Shown here: in pieces, positions 7,187 to 16,192 of the stretch
Layout of the letters: every line of letters begins with the position of its first letter
Position numbering within the stretch: position 1 is the first letter of the stretch
Origin: an uncultured virus (IMG/VR IMGVR_UViG_3300020048_000028)
Lineage: Duplodnaviria; Heunggongvirae; Uroviricota; Caudoviricetes
Virus record (IMG/VR): IMGVR_UViG_3300020048_000028
Length of the DNA stretch: 29,097 nt
Reading direction: 5' to 3' (one strand)
Notes under the pieces: generated by a model
What the model was told of the DNA's origin: nothing
The model's input: the letters and a program-made list of their open reading frames with translations, nothing else
The model's database searches: none
Position numbers and translations under genes: made by a program

Positions 7187-7659
7187 TAGAATAAGCTTGG
7201 TTGTTCGTTGTTGGTTTTTTTGTCTGCTACTTTTTTTGGTTTTTGTGCTTTAATCTCTATTGGCTCTTGAGGTTTTATTTTAATTGGCTCTTTAACTTGT
7301 ACTTGTATAGGTTGTATTATTGGCTCTTTAGGTTTTTCTTGTATTGGTTCTTTAAAATCTTCTTGTATTGTTTCTATAATCGTTTCTATAATCGGTTCTT
7401 TAACGGGATGCTTATAATTTAATTTTTTCATAAAAATTTTAGTTTCAGCTTGTCTTATTTGATAAGATTGAGCTAAATCATAGCACTTTTTGTCAAAATA
7501 TTTATGATAATCGGTATTACTTGGGGGAACAGGTATTTCTTTTAGTCCATTCAATACTCTCCAATAGTTAGTAGCATCGAGTGATTTTACTTTACTTGGA
7601 TTTAAAGAGTAGTATAATGGATATTCCTCCTTTTCTAATTTAATATTAATATTCTTCAT
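7186..7659 (-). CDS. Hypothetical protein with low-complexity (K/Q)EPI linker
   Basis: Repeated KEPI/QEPI units; ends QPSLF. ATG at 7659 preferred over the track start 7668. Confidence 0.7.
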   Translation of the reverse strand: MKNINIKLEKEEYPLYYSLNPSKVKSLDATNYWRVLNGLKEIPVPPSNTDYHKYFDKKCYDLAQSYQIRQAETKIFMKKLNYKHPVKEPIIETIIETIQEDFKEPIQEKPKEPIIQPIQVQVKEPIKIKPQEPIEIKAQKPKKVADKKTNNEQPSLF

Positions 7660-7789
7660 TTGAATCAAAATAACCTTTAAAAATCTTTGTGTAAAAAAAA
7701 TTCAATAATTTAATTATTAGATATAAAGAAATTAATAAAACTAATACTAAAACAATAGTCCAAACTAACATGAGCAAAAACAAATCCAT
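7646..7789 (-). CDS. Small single-pass membrane protein (47 aa), not in ORF track
   Basis: MDLFLLMLVWTIVLVLVLLISLYLIIKLLNFFYTKIFKGYFDSNEEY*. Its ATG overlaps the upstream stop (TAATG at 7791-7787) and it fills the gap. Confidence 0.65.
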   Translation of the reverse strand: MDLFLLMLVWTIVLVLVLLISLYLIIKLLNFFYTKIFKGYFDSNEEY

Positions 7790-8001
7790 TATAATAATCC
7801 TTTTTCTGTTAAGTGTTTTTTTAAAGATTCGTTCAGGTAAATAAAAAACTCTTGTTCGTTATTGAAAGAATCTTTCATTATCGAATAGGCGTAATTAAAA
7901 AAATCTGATTCTTCTTGAACTGTTGGATTATTGTTAGATAATTCAATAAATTCTTCACAAATCATATTCATTTGTGGGCTTAATTCTTCTTCGTTGGTCA
8001 T
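7789..8001 (-). CDS. Hypothetical protein
   Basis: 70-aa acidic ORF, tightly packed in the operon. Confidence 0.7.
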   Translation of the reverse strand: MTNEEELSPQMNMICEEFIELSNNNPTVQEESDFFNYAYSIMKDSFNNEQEFFIYLNESLKKHLTEKGLL

Positions 8002-8005
8002 TTTT

Positions 8006-8506
8006 TTATTGTTTTTTAGTTAAACTTTCCATTAAATCGTACATTCCATTATCCTGCTTACTTAATAATTGTTCTTCAAGCATCTCCGTCAATTTATCCC
8101 AATTATCTACTAAATTAGACCACTCTAAAGATAGTGCTTTTAATTTATATAATTCATTATTCCATTCAGGTATAGCTTTTAAAAGCATATAGCATCTTCT
8201 AAAATCATCGGGGTCATGTGGATGACAGCCGTTATCTTTTCTGATTTTTCTACCTGAAATAGTTTCAAATATAGTTTCTGAACTTATTCCTCTCTCTCCA
8301 TTATCAAGCCACCAATATAATCTATGCGTCATTGGTAATGTCATGTCAGGTTCAGGCTGTTTCCAAAGTCCTTTGCATTTTTTGTGCATTTTCTCAAAGC
8401 TTTTTGTCATTGCCGTTAGTATAGGTATCTGTATCGGAAATGGAACTGTTTGTTCTCCTCCACAATTAGTACAGAATATTTTCTCGTTTCTGAAAGTAAT
8501 AGCCAT
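8006..8506 (-). CDS. Conserved phage protein with N-terminal CxxC
   Basis: GERGISSETI and HPHDPDDFRRC motifs recognisable from phage hypotheticals; CTNCG near the N-terminus. Confidence 0.7.
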   Translation of the reverse strand: MAITFRNEKIFCTNCGGEQTVPFPIQIPILTAMTKSFEKMHKKCKGLWKQPEPDMTLPMTHRLYWWLDNGERGISSETIFETISGRKIRKDNGCHPHDPDDFRRCYMLLKAIPEWNNELYKLKALSLEWSNLVDNWDKLTEMLEEQLLSKQDNGMYDLMESLTKKQ

Positions 8507-8508
8507 GT

Positions 8509-9705
8509 TTAGTTAAATAATTCTCCTGAGTTATTTTCTTTTGAATTATCTTGATTTTCATCTTTTAATTCAGTATCGCCATTTAAAAAATCATTGTTAG
8601 GTTCTATTTCATGTATTTGTTCTAAGGCTGTTCTTAAAGACATACGTTTATTAGTTGTACCACCTTCCTTATGATTATTTTTTTTAGTTTTATTAGGAAC
8701 TCCCTCTCCTCCAATAATATGTTCTACAATCCCTTTTTCTGATTTAATCTCTTTTTCTGAAACCTCATCTTCTACATTAATATCTTTTTTTTCTTCCGAT
8801 AGCGATTCAAAAGAAACTGAATTAGTTAATTTATCAGCCGTTGGTTTCAATTCAACAATTTCATTTTCAATTTCATTATTTTCAATTTCATCAGCTAAAG
8901 AAACTGATAATGTTTTTGATGCTTTATTTACGGCAGTTGGTTTTAATGAAATTGAGAATGCAAGTTCAAGTGTGGTATCTCCATCTTTTATAGCAGTAGC
9001 AATTCCTTTTAAATCAAAAATATCATCTCTTGATAATTCATCTATTGTTTTTTTATCAAATAAACTAAGGATGGTTTTAGTAGAAACTCCTTGCTTTTCA
9101 AAATACTCAACAGATGATTTTCTAATGCTATTAAAATCTTTTTCTTCTCCCATCATGACTGATTTAATTCTTTCTTGAATCCTGTTAGTTAAAGCTAATG
9201 GAATACATTTGAAGATTGCGTTACGAATAGCAATAGAACAAGCTGCATTTGAAGTTACTACAACCATATCTTCTGAAAATGGTCTACCTGTCTTGTCGGT
9301 AATTTTTCTTTTTACCTCAATAGAATAAGCCACATTGTTTTCTAAATCCCAACACATTCCTTGTGCCGTAAGAATACGACCATCATTTGAAATAATTCTT
9401 GCACTTGACCTTAAATTGCCATAACAATTTGCCATTATCTCGGCTAATCGAATTGATGCTCCACGAATAACTTTTCCATCTCTTTTGATTGAATAAAAAC
9501 AGTTGTCGGCTGTGTCTTTGTCTTGTGTTGCAAGAAAGAATATGTTATCGAGAACGGTAGGCAAATGCCTCTTATATTTTTTTGCTGTGCTGACTTGAAT
9601 ATCAATGTTAGCTCTTGTGTCTGCTTCAAATATCTCGGCTGAAGATACTCTTAATTCATAGTCGTTGTTTTTGTTGTCGTTAAATTGTTCGCTTAGTAAT
9701 GTCAT
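8509..9705 (-). CDS. Putative phage recombination / strand-annealing-type protein
   Basis: 398 aa. Core IDIQVSTAKKYKR...CFYSIKRDGKVIRGASIRLAE...CWDLENN plus long acidic tail. This family is usually linked to PD-(D/E)XK exonucleases; function inferred. Confidence 0.5.
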   Translation of the reverse strand: MTLLSEQFNDNKNNDYELRVSSAEIFEADTRANIDIQVSTAKKYKRHLPTVLDNIFFLATQDKDTADNCFYSIKRDGKVIRGASIRLAEIMANCYGNLRSSARIISNDGRILTAQGMCWDLENNVAYSIEVKRKITDKTGRPFSEDMVVVTSNAACSIAIRNAIFKCIPLALTNRIQERIKSVMMGEEKDFNSIRKSSVEYFEKQGVSTKTILSLFDKKTIDELSRDDIFDLKGIATAIKDGDTTLELAFSISLKPTAVNKASKTLSVSLADEIENNEIENEIVELKPTADKLTNSVSFESLSEEKKDINVEDEVSEKEIKSEKGIVEHIIGGEGVPNKTKKNNHKEGGTTNKRMSLRTALEQIHEIEPNNDFLNGDTELKDENQDNSKENNSGELFN

Positions 9706-9769
9706 GGTTAGTTTTTGGTTTAGTTAAATTTAATTATTTTTTTTGTTCAACTTTATTTTGTTTATAAGT

Positions 9770-11095
9770 TTATTTTAATTCAAGAGCTGATTGAGCCTTA
9801 CTTCCTTTTTTAATCTTTGCCTCCTCAAACTTGATGTTGTCAAATTCAATGTTTGGTTTCCCTTTGGCATTTAGCTCTTTTACAATTATTGTCCTTTTAA
9901 ATTTATATTTATTATCTACAATTGGTCTATAACTGCATTGTAATAATTTATAACCACTATTAAATACTCCACGCTGTATTGGGCTAACAGAAATCGCAAA
10001 TGGTTTGTAATAATCATCAGGAACAAAATTATCTACTACTAACATACCTTTTGAATCGTAATATTGCTTAGGTATTTCTGATAATGGCTTTATTTTATCT
10101 GTTTTATGTTTTTGTTGAATATTTGTGTAAACTAAAGCTATTGCGTTTTTCTTTTTGTATGTTGGGGTTAAAAACCAATCAAATCTGCATGGTAGAACAA
10201 AAAGTTTTTTGTTCCATAAATCTTTTGTCCATGTATATTGTACTGCTGTTTTACTTCCTAAACATATAACATCTTTTCCTGTTGAAAGCATACATTTAAA
10301 GAAATGTTCAAATTTTGAAAAAGGAGGGTTGGTAATAATTATATCAGCTTCGTTATTTGCAATATCCATACACTCTTTATCGGAATAAGAACCATGAAAA
10401 TTAGACTTACTACCAACGGGAGGTATTCTTAAAATCTTTTTTCCATCATAAATTGCAATAAATCCATCGTATTCATTCCATTGATTGCTAAAAAGAGAAC
10501 CTGAAAAGTCTAATTTAGAGCCATCATAACGAGTAGATATAATTTTTTTTAATTTTAGTTTTTTAAAGTTATTGTAAAAGTAAATCCAAAAAGCTGATTG
10601 TCCTGCATCATCACAGTTCATATAAACCACTTTGTTTTTCCAATAATCTGTTCCAAAATGATTTACTATTGTATCTACATCATTATAAAAAGTATAACAT
10701 TCATCACTTTCAATAGAAACCATATCTTCATCGTCATTGTATCTACCTTTGGTTCTCGTTTTGTTTAGTCGCTCCAAATCTGTCAAACTGCCATTTTCAT
10801 TAACTTGTGGTAAATGTTTAACAGAAATCAAAGGAAATATTTTTTGCCAAATAGCAGAACGAAGTTCTTTGCTATCGTAACTACATTCTCTGCCTTTACC
10901 TACCTCATTCCATTCAGGCAAATTGTAAATAGTTTTTAAAACTTCATCTGCATTGTTTTGTACTTCTATTGGCAAAATCCATTCAAGTTTTTTGCCTTTT
11001 TGCCCTTTCCAAGAATATCCCCCACGCCCTCTATGTAATTCAAGTTGTCCGTTACAACTTTCTAATATTACATAATCAATTTTTTGTTTTTCCAT
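9770..11095 (-). CDS. Adenine-specific DNA methyltransferase, EcoRI family, with N-terminal extension (orphan)
   Basis: KNKVVYMNCDD...SAFWIYFYNNFKKLKLKKIIST and ADIIITNPPFS match M.EcoRI-family motifs. No adjacent cognate restriction enzyme recognised. Confidence 0.85.
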   Translation of the reverse strand: MEKQKIDYVILESCNGQLELHRGRGGYSWKGQKGKKLEWILPIEVQNNADEVLKTIYNLPEWNEVGKGRECSYDSKELRSAIWQKIFPLISVKHLPQVNENGSLTDLERLNKTRTKGRYNDDEDMVSIESDECYTFYNDVDTIVNHFGTDYWKNKVVYMNCDDAGQSAFWIYFYNNFKKLKLKKIISTRYDGSKLDFSGSLFSNQWNEYDGFIAIYDGKKILRIPPVGSKSNFHGSYSDKECMDIANNEADIIITNPPFSKFEHFFKCMLSTGKDVICLGSKTAVQYTWTKDLWNKKLFVLPCRFDWFLTPTYKKKNAIALVYTNIQQKHKTDKIKPLSEIPKQYYDSKGMLVVDNFVPDDYYKPFAISVSPIQRGVFNSGYKLLQCSYRPIVDNKYKFKRTIIVKELNAKGKPNIEFDNIKFEEAKIKKGSKAQSALELK

Positions 11096-11108
11096 TTGGT
11101 CTTGTGGT

Positions 11109-11369
11109 TTAATTAAATTTAATTATTTTTTTACTTAGATTTATTCTTTTAAATGCTCTTTTTTCAATACTCGCTAACTTATATTCAGAATACCTTATTC
11201 CATCTATTCTATAATACATACTTCCATTATGATTAGATTTTTCTATTATTTTATATCTTTTAAATCTGCCTAATCTATCGTAATAGTTTAATTGATATAA
11301 GCTCCCATCTTCTGACATAACAATGTGTGGTAAATCTTCATAAATCTTTCTTATTGTTATTTGCGACAT
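11109..11369 (-). CDS. Hypothetical protein
   Basis: Basic ORF; start MSQITIRK at 11369 preferred (track start 11396). Confidence 0.6.
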   Translation of the reverse strand: MSQITIRKIYEDLPHIVMSEDGSLYQLNYYDRLGRFKRYKIIEKSNHNGSMYYRIDGIRYSEYKLASIEKRAFKRINLSKKIIKFN

Positions 11370-11664
11370 TTCTTGTTCTAAATTTCTTATTCTCAAGGTA
11401 TTTTGATTTCCCTTTGATGTACTCTTGCATCAGTTCTTCTTCTATTGTGTCTTTTTTTCGTTTATCACATTCCTCGCAAAGTAACCACAGGTTCTTAACA
11501 GAATTTCCTCCGCCTTTAGATAATGGTATCTTGTGGTCTATTCTTCTTTCTGTTTCTAAATCTATTAGATTTTTATAGCATCTTTGGCACTCATAGTTAT
11601 CTCTTTCAAATATATTGTTTCTAAATTCTTTACTGAATTTTTTACGCTTTACTTTATTCGGCAT
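11338..11664 (-). CDS. HNH endonuclease
   Basis: IFERDNYECQRC...IDHKIPLSKGGGNSVKNLWLLCEEC. Confidence 0.9.
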   Translation of the reverse strand: MPNKVKRKKFSKEFRNNIFERDNYECQRCYKNLIDLETERRIDHKIPLSKGGGNSVKNLWLLCEECDKRKKDTIEEELMQEYIKGKSKYLENKKFRTRNVANNNKKDL

Positions 11665-11666
11665 TA

Positions 11667-11870
11667 TTATAAATCTTGAATTATTCTTATAAACTTTTGA
11701 ATTTCAGTATTGTTTTTTTGTACGTCTGCCATTAATTCATCTTGTTTAGTTTCTAATCTTTTCGCTAAATCTTTAGCTATCTCTAATTGAGAAAGTACAA
11801 AATTAAATTCTTCTTCTACTCTCTTTGAACAGGAATGCTCTTTGCCTTCTATTACTATTGATGATGCCAT
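11667..11870 (-). CDS. Hypothetical coiled-coil protein
   Basis: 67 aa, tightly packed in the operon. Confidence 0.65.
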   Translation of the reverse strand: MASSIVIEGKEHSCSKRVEEEFNFVLSQLEIAKDLAKRLETKQDELMADVQKNNTEIQKFIRIIQDL

Positions 11871-11872
11871 TG

Positions 11873-12040
11873 TTATTGTGATTTTAAAAAAATTATTGTT
11901 TTTTTGCTTATTTTTTTTATTAAAGCATTAATAAACTTAATCTCTACTTTATTATCAGGCAAGTCTTTCCAAAATACGATTCCATCTAATTCAGATTTAA
12001 CTTTTATGAATTTAGCAGTTGTTGTTGTTATGTTTTCCAT
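11873..12040 (-). CDS. Hypothetical protein
   Basis: Start MENITT at 12040 overlaps the upstream stop (TAATG). Confidence 0.6.
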   Translation of the reverse strand: MENITTTTAKFIKVKSELDGIVFWKDLPDNKVEIKFINALIKKISKKTIIFLKSQ

Positions 12041-12240
12041 TATAATAATATTATTTCGCATTTGTTTTTATCTATCTTACTTATTTCATCGTCAAAAAAC
12101 TCAATTACTGAATAAATACCAAGTCCAATATCATTTAATGGTATCCAACAAAGGCGGTATGAGCCGATATTTTTTAATGATTTATAGTTTTTGTATGCTC
12201 CTGTGAAATTATTCATTTTTTTAATATTAAACTTGCTCAT
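12040..12240 (-). CDS. Hypothetical protein
   Basis: 66 aa filling the gap in the operon. Confidence 0.55.
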   Translation of the reverse strand: MSKFNIKKMNNFTGAYKNYKSLKNIGSYRLCWIPLNDIGLGIYSVIEFFDDEISKIDKNKCEIILL

Positions 12241-13126
12241 CTAAATAAAAAACACTAATAGGAGGAACTTCTGCTCTAAATTGGCAATCTGATGCTAAAG
12301 GACATAATGAACATTTTTTTAATTCAGGCTTTGCTTTCACTCCATATTTATTTATTTCAGCTACCCTTAGCACAGTATTTTTAATATCATCTAAATGTCT
12401 ATCAAATGTTGATTCATCTACCCTAAAGTCAATAATTCTCGCATCAAGCTCATTAGTAGTTGAAAATAACAAAAATAAGAAAGGTGGTTCTTCTCCGAAG
12501 TTCAACATATCAATATACTTGTAGTGAATAGGTTGAGTAATTAATTTAGTTTTGTTACCTAAATTATCTAATTGCCAACCGAAATCATTCCATTTATCCT
12601 CAAGCAAGCCTGTCGCCTTTAAATCTATAATTACAATCTGCCCTTCTTTTGCAACTAAAACCTTTTTCTTTTTTCTAAATTCTCCATATTCAGTATAAAT
12701 ATCTTTTGTAGCTCTTGCTCTAATATCTAATGTTCCTGTAAGAAAAACTTCAAAGCCAAATTCCTCCATGCTATTAGGCAATAAAACTTTAACATCTTCT
12801 CCTACTCGTAAAATTTCAAAGCCATACATCTCTATCATTTTATTGAAATTATCGACCTGCTTTTTCATTAAACGGTATGGAGCTGTTAATTGTGGGCTTC
12901 CACTTTCGTCTTTACCTCTTTTCATGTATTCAGCTTGAGGTACAGCTCCATTCTTAGGTATGCTTCCTGTTGCCATATATTCAAACCAAGCTCCGACATT
13001 TTGTGCATCAGAGGGAGGAAATAAATCAAAACGACTATCTAAGTATTTTGCTTTAAAGACATAACCGCACTCTTTCCCAAGAATATAATCTTGTAATCCT
13101 TTAATTAATGATTGACTTACTTTCAT
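12227..13126 (-). CDS. PD-(D/E)XK nuclease (Cas4/AddB-like phage exonuclease)
   Basis: LTGTLDI...IVIIDLKATG...QPIHY, C-terminal CSLCPLASDC and an N-terminal Cys, consistent with an Fe-S staple. Confidence 0.78.
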   Translation of the reverse strand: MKVSQSLIKGLQDYILGKECGYVFKAKYLDSRFDLFPPSDAQNVGAWFEYMATGSIPKNGAVPQAEYMKRGKDESGSPQLTAPYRLMKKQVDNFNKMIEMYGFEILRVGEDVKVLLPNSMEEFGFEVFLTGTLDIRARATKDIYTEYGEFRKKKKVLVAKEGQIVIIDLKATGLLEDKWNDFGWQLDNLGNKTKLITQPIHYKYIDMLNFGEEPPFLFLLFSTTNELDARIIDFRVDESTFDRHLDDIKNTVLRVAEINKYGVKAKPELKKCSLCPLASDCQFRAEVPPISVFYLDEQV

Positions 13127-13176
13127 ATTTTATTTATTTATTTTTTTATTGCAATTTTTATTGAACACTCCTATTT

Positions 13177-13512
13177 CTATAATTGATGACAAAAACTAAG
13201 CTGTTTTTTAATTTGTTCGCCATAATTTTTCCGAACTATTTCTATATGATTTAAAATAGAAGAAGCAAATAATTCAAGTTCATTTATTCTAACGTCTGCT
13301 GTTATTGTATTTTCATCTTCTTCATCTCCGATTCCAATCTCAAATCTGAATATAGTTCCATCCATTTCTTCTTTATTTATACTACTAATAAATAAATCTT
13401 CAGTATCCGATAAGACTCTTACTCTAATTCGTTTCTCAAAATCAGATTCTTCTATCTTTTTACCCTCAAAGAAAGAAGTATAACAATTTATTGATTCAAT
13501 TATATTTTGCAT
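13177..13512 (-). CDS. Hypothetical protein
   Basis: 111-aa ORF with A-rich upstream leader. Confidence 0.7.
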   Translation of the reverse strand: MQNIIESINCYTSFFEGKKIEESDFEKRIRVRVLSDTEDLFISSINKEEMDGTIFRFEIGIGDEEDENTITADVRINELELFASSILNHIEIVRKNYGEQIKKQLSFCHQL

Positions 13513-13555
13513 AATTTTTATTATTTTTAATTTTTATTTAGGTTTATTTTTATAA

Positions 13556-13747
13556 TCAATCTTCAGGATACCATTCAGTAATTGATGTATCAACAAAATT
13601 TTCGGGTTCAGCGTTTAGTAATTCGTTTGTATGAAATACAGCTTCTTCGTACCTAATAAATGGTTTGTCATCGGAAGTTACATAAATTACATTTAATTGC
13701 TGACCTAAATCAGTTGAAAAAATTTTGTTTGCTTTTTCTTGTGTCAT
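13556..13747 (-). CDS. Hypothetical protein
   Basis: 63 aa, co-oriented. Confidence 0.65.
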   Translation of the reverse strand: MTQEKANKIFSTDLGQQLNVIYVTSDDKPFIRYEEAVFHTNELLNAEPENFVDTSITEWYPED

Positions 13748-13750
13748 TTT

Positions 13751-14005
13751 TTACTTATTATAAATTAATAAAACTTCTTCTTTATTTTTTTCAAATACAA
13801 CTATGTATCCACTTTTAATAAGAACATTAAGCATAAATTTCACATAATATTTCACATCATTAAATACTAAGGTATGAATAGGATGCCCTCGTTCAATTCT
13901 CTCTCTTGCTTTTTTTCTAAGGTGAGGAGTATATAATGTTATTTTTTTAGTATCAATGCAAATAGTGTATGATTTTAAGCCTATTGGTTCTTCGTATTGA
14001 ATCAT
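13751..14005 (-). CDS. Hypothetical protein
   Basis: 84 aa, TAATG-coupled to the upstream gene. Confidence 0.7.
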   Translation of the reverse strand: MIQYEEPIGLKSYTICIDTKKITLYTPHLRKKARERIERGHPIHTLVFNDVKYYVKFMLNVLIKSGYIVVFEKNKEEVLLIYNK

Positions 14006-15060
14006 TATTTTTGACTTTCATTTACAAAAAACACTTTGTAAAAACCCATGCCTTTATCATCATCATAACCTTTTTCAATTAAATCATGTCTGTTTATGAT
14101 TGTGATTTCAAAATTCTCATCAAGAACAATATTACTTTTCATAAACTTGTTTCCTTTTTTCAAAGCATTTTTAGAAATGGTAAAGTTGTCTGATATTTCG
14201 GCATTATATGTTTTTTCAAAATTGCTCTTGTTTTCATTAAAGGCAGCTATTAATTCATTCTGAATTAAAACTTCGTGCTGAAAATCATCTTTATTAAATT
14301 CTATATTTCTATCAAGATATTTCATAGAATTATTTAAAATCATCATTTTGTCCTTTTCATCAACTCCATTTTCTTTTGTTAAAACTCTTTCGGAGAAATC
14401 AACACAAAGATTAATATAGTTAGATGTGTGTAAGTAAGGTGAAGCTTTAAGTTTCATGTTAAGGAAATCTACTAACCAATAAAGAGATGGTTCTTTTAAT
14501 TTGTTAGATTTATCAATCATTACCGCTTTATATCCTTTGTCTTTATCAAGATTGAATATCAATACTCCCATATCCAATTTCTTAGGGCTGATGCCTAAAT
14601 CTGTATCAATATCGAATGTATCATTGTGAATATCTACTTTAATAAAGGTTTCTTTTGATTCTGATTTGAAAATACCTACTGCATCACAAAGTTGACCGTC
14701 AACAATAATATTTTTTATCAATGAAACGTAAAGTTCTCCTCCTTTAGCTTTAGGGTGCATCGTATGTCTATGTAAGCTTTTAGCTATTTCAACAGAACAA
14801 TCAAATAACTTATTGCTGTCATCGAAAATCATTTCCGATAAATCTTTTACTGCTCCTACTCCAAATTGTGAATCACTTGAAAATTGGTAATAGATGTCAT
14901 TTTTAAAACCTGATAGTAAAAAGTTAAAGAAAACCTCTTTTACTACGGCATTTTTAAATTTATATGGTTTATCTGTGATAACCATTTCTTCTCCTAAACC
15001 ACTATTACCTACATAGTGTGTTGTTAATGCAGACATATCTGCTCTTGTGAAATCAATCAT
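14005..15060 (-). CDS. Nucleoid-associated protein, NdpA/YejK (NA37) family, Bacteroidota type
   Basis: 351 aa. HYVGN, HPKAKGGELYV, AVGIFKSESKETFIKV, YWLVDFL and IVLDENFEI...IEKGYDDDKGMGFYKVFF match the Bacteroidetes form of this family. Confidence 0.85.
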   Translation of the reverse strand: MIDFTRADMSALTTHYVGNSGLGEEMVITDKPYKFKNAVVKEVFFNFLLSGFKNDIYYQFSSDSQFGVGAVKDLSEMIFDDSNKLFDCSVEIAKSLHRHTMHPKAKGGELYVSLIKNIIVDGQLCDAVGIFKSESKETFIKVDIHNDTFDIDTDLGISPKKLDMGVLIFNLDKDKGYKAVMIDKSNKLKEPSLYWLVDFLNMKLKASPYLHTSNYINLCVDFSERVLTKENGVDEKDKMMILNNSMKYLDRNIEFNKDDFQHEVLIQNELIAAFNENKSNFEKTYNAEISDNFTISKNALKKGNKFMKSNIVLDENFEITIINRHDLIEKGYDDDKGMGFYKVFFVNESQK

Positions 15061-15071
15061 GTTTTTTTGTT

Positions 15072-15254
15072 TTAGTTATATGTTTTATTAAAGTAATTTT
15101 CAGCTTTTTCTTCTGTGTTTATTATTCTGCTATCTGCCTTATAAGCATCTGTGATAGCTTTCTTCTCTTGAGATAATAATTCTTTCTCCATTTGTGGACT
15201 TATATAAATTCTACTTTTAAGCCACTCTAAGTGTTGTTGCATTGGGGTTTTCAT
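15072..15254 (-). CDS. Hypothetical protein
   Basis: 60 aa; MKTPMQ...AENYFNKTY style common in Flavobacteriia phages. Confidence 0.65.
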   Translation of the reverse strand: MKTPMQQHLEWLKSRIYISPQMEKELLSQEKKAITDAYKADSRIINTEEKAENYFNKTYN

Positions 15255-15255
15255 A

Positions 15256-15630
15256 TTATTCTGTTAATTTTTGCCATTCTTTTATCTGAAAGGAATACTC
15301 TTTAAACTCTTTTTTAATATCTGCTCCACTAAAAAGGCATTGGTTTTCGTAAACTGAAACAATCTCTCCATTCCTTTTTTCCTTTCTTGGAGGGATTGGT
15401 ATAAATATTATATCATCAGCCAAATCTTCTATACTACAAACAGAAACATTATTAAAGCATTTTAACTGCTGTTCTACTGAATAAACTAAAATTCCCATGT
15501 ATTTTCCAAGTTCCGATTTTCCAAGTTCCGAATCTTGACGAATATCAGCAAGGGCAAATTCCTTTGCTTTTGTTTGACCAATCATATTATATACCCTTTC
15601 TGTTTTACGAGGACGTATTCGCTTACTCAT
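15256..15630 (-). CDS. Hypothetical protein with 5-aa tandem duplication
   Basis: 124 aa; SELGKSELGK arises from a 15-nt tandem repeat at about 15501-15531. Confidence 0.7.
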   Translation of the reverse strand: MSKRIRPRKTERVYNMIGQTKAKEFALADIRQDSELGKSELGKYMGILVYSVEQQLKCFNNVSVCSIEDLADDIIFIPIPPRKEKRNGEIVSVYENQCLFSGADIKKEFKEYSFQIKEWQKLTE

Positions 15631-15746
15631 TTCATTTTGTTTTTCATTAGTTCTTTATTTATTTTTAGTCAAATAAAGTTCCTTGTGGTAAAGGTTTAGT
15701 TTCATCACTTATTCTGTATAGTATTATATTATAGTATTCTCCATAA

Positions 15747-16031
15747 TCATTCAAATATGTATATTGTTACAGGTTTTTCTCTAAAGTATTCGGAAACCAT
15801 TACTCCATGAACCATTTGCCTATCTTTACTATTTATGTTGTGCCATTTAGCGACATAATCATAACCTTTCATCAGGGCTATTGGGTTTAGTCCATCCATA
15901 GAACCTGTTTCGTATCCATTATCTTTCGACCAACTGTTAGCAGCATAGTAACTATTAAAAGTTCCTTCTACGTTAAATTCGTGCTTTTCTTTTATTTTTT
16001 TGCCTAAATATGTTTCTCCTATTTTTCTCAT
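15747..16031 (-). CDS. Conserved phage hypothetical protein
   Basis: 94 aa; GTFNSYYAA...GYETGSM...PIAL...VAKWHN motif. Confidence 0.7.
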   Translation of the reverse strand: MRKIGETYLGKKIKEKHEFNVEGTFNSYYAANSWSKDNGYETGSMDGLNPIALMKGYDYVAKWHNINSKDRQMVHGVMVSEYFREKPVTIYIFE

Positions 16032-16157
16032 TTATTTTGAATCTTAAATTATACAGCTTTTATGTATAGAATAAATATTTTAACTTAATTAAAATTTAGA
16101 CTAATTTTACCATGTCTAAAGTTGTCAGACGTTAGTTGTTTCATATAGTCTTTGGTT

Positions 16158-16185
16158 AAAGGGAGGTTTCATAGCCTCCCTTTTT
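16158..16185. terminator. Intrinsic terminator-like hairpin downstream of the DUF932-like gene
   Basis: aaagggagg-tttcatag-cctccctttt: GC-rich stem flanked by A/T runs, just past the stop at 16193. Could act in both directions. Confidence 0.75.
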
Positions 16186-16192
16186 GGTTAGA

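Noticed and set aside
9770..11664. Complete restriction-modification system (methyltransferase plus HNH)
   Set aside because: The 108-aa HNH lacks a recognition domain and is separated by another ORF; small HNH genes are common in phages.
12227..13126. cas4 of a CRISPR-Cas system
   Set aside because: No cas1/cas2 or array; a solo Cas4-like PD-(D/E)XK nuclease in a phage recombination context is the simpler reading.
16032..16157. ncRNA or small ORF (MKQLTSDNFRHGKISLNFN) in the gap after the terminator
   Set aside because: Only 19 codons, with no convincing structure or motif.
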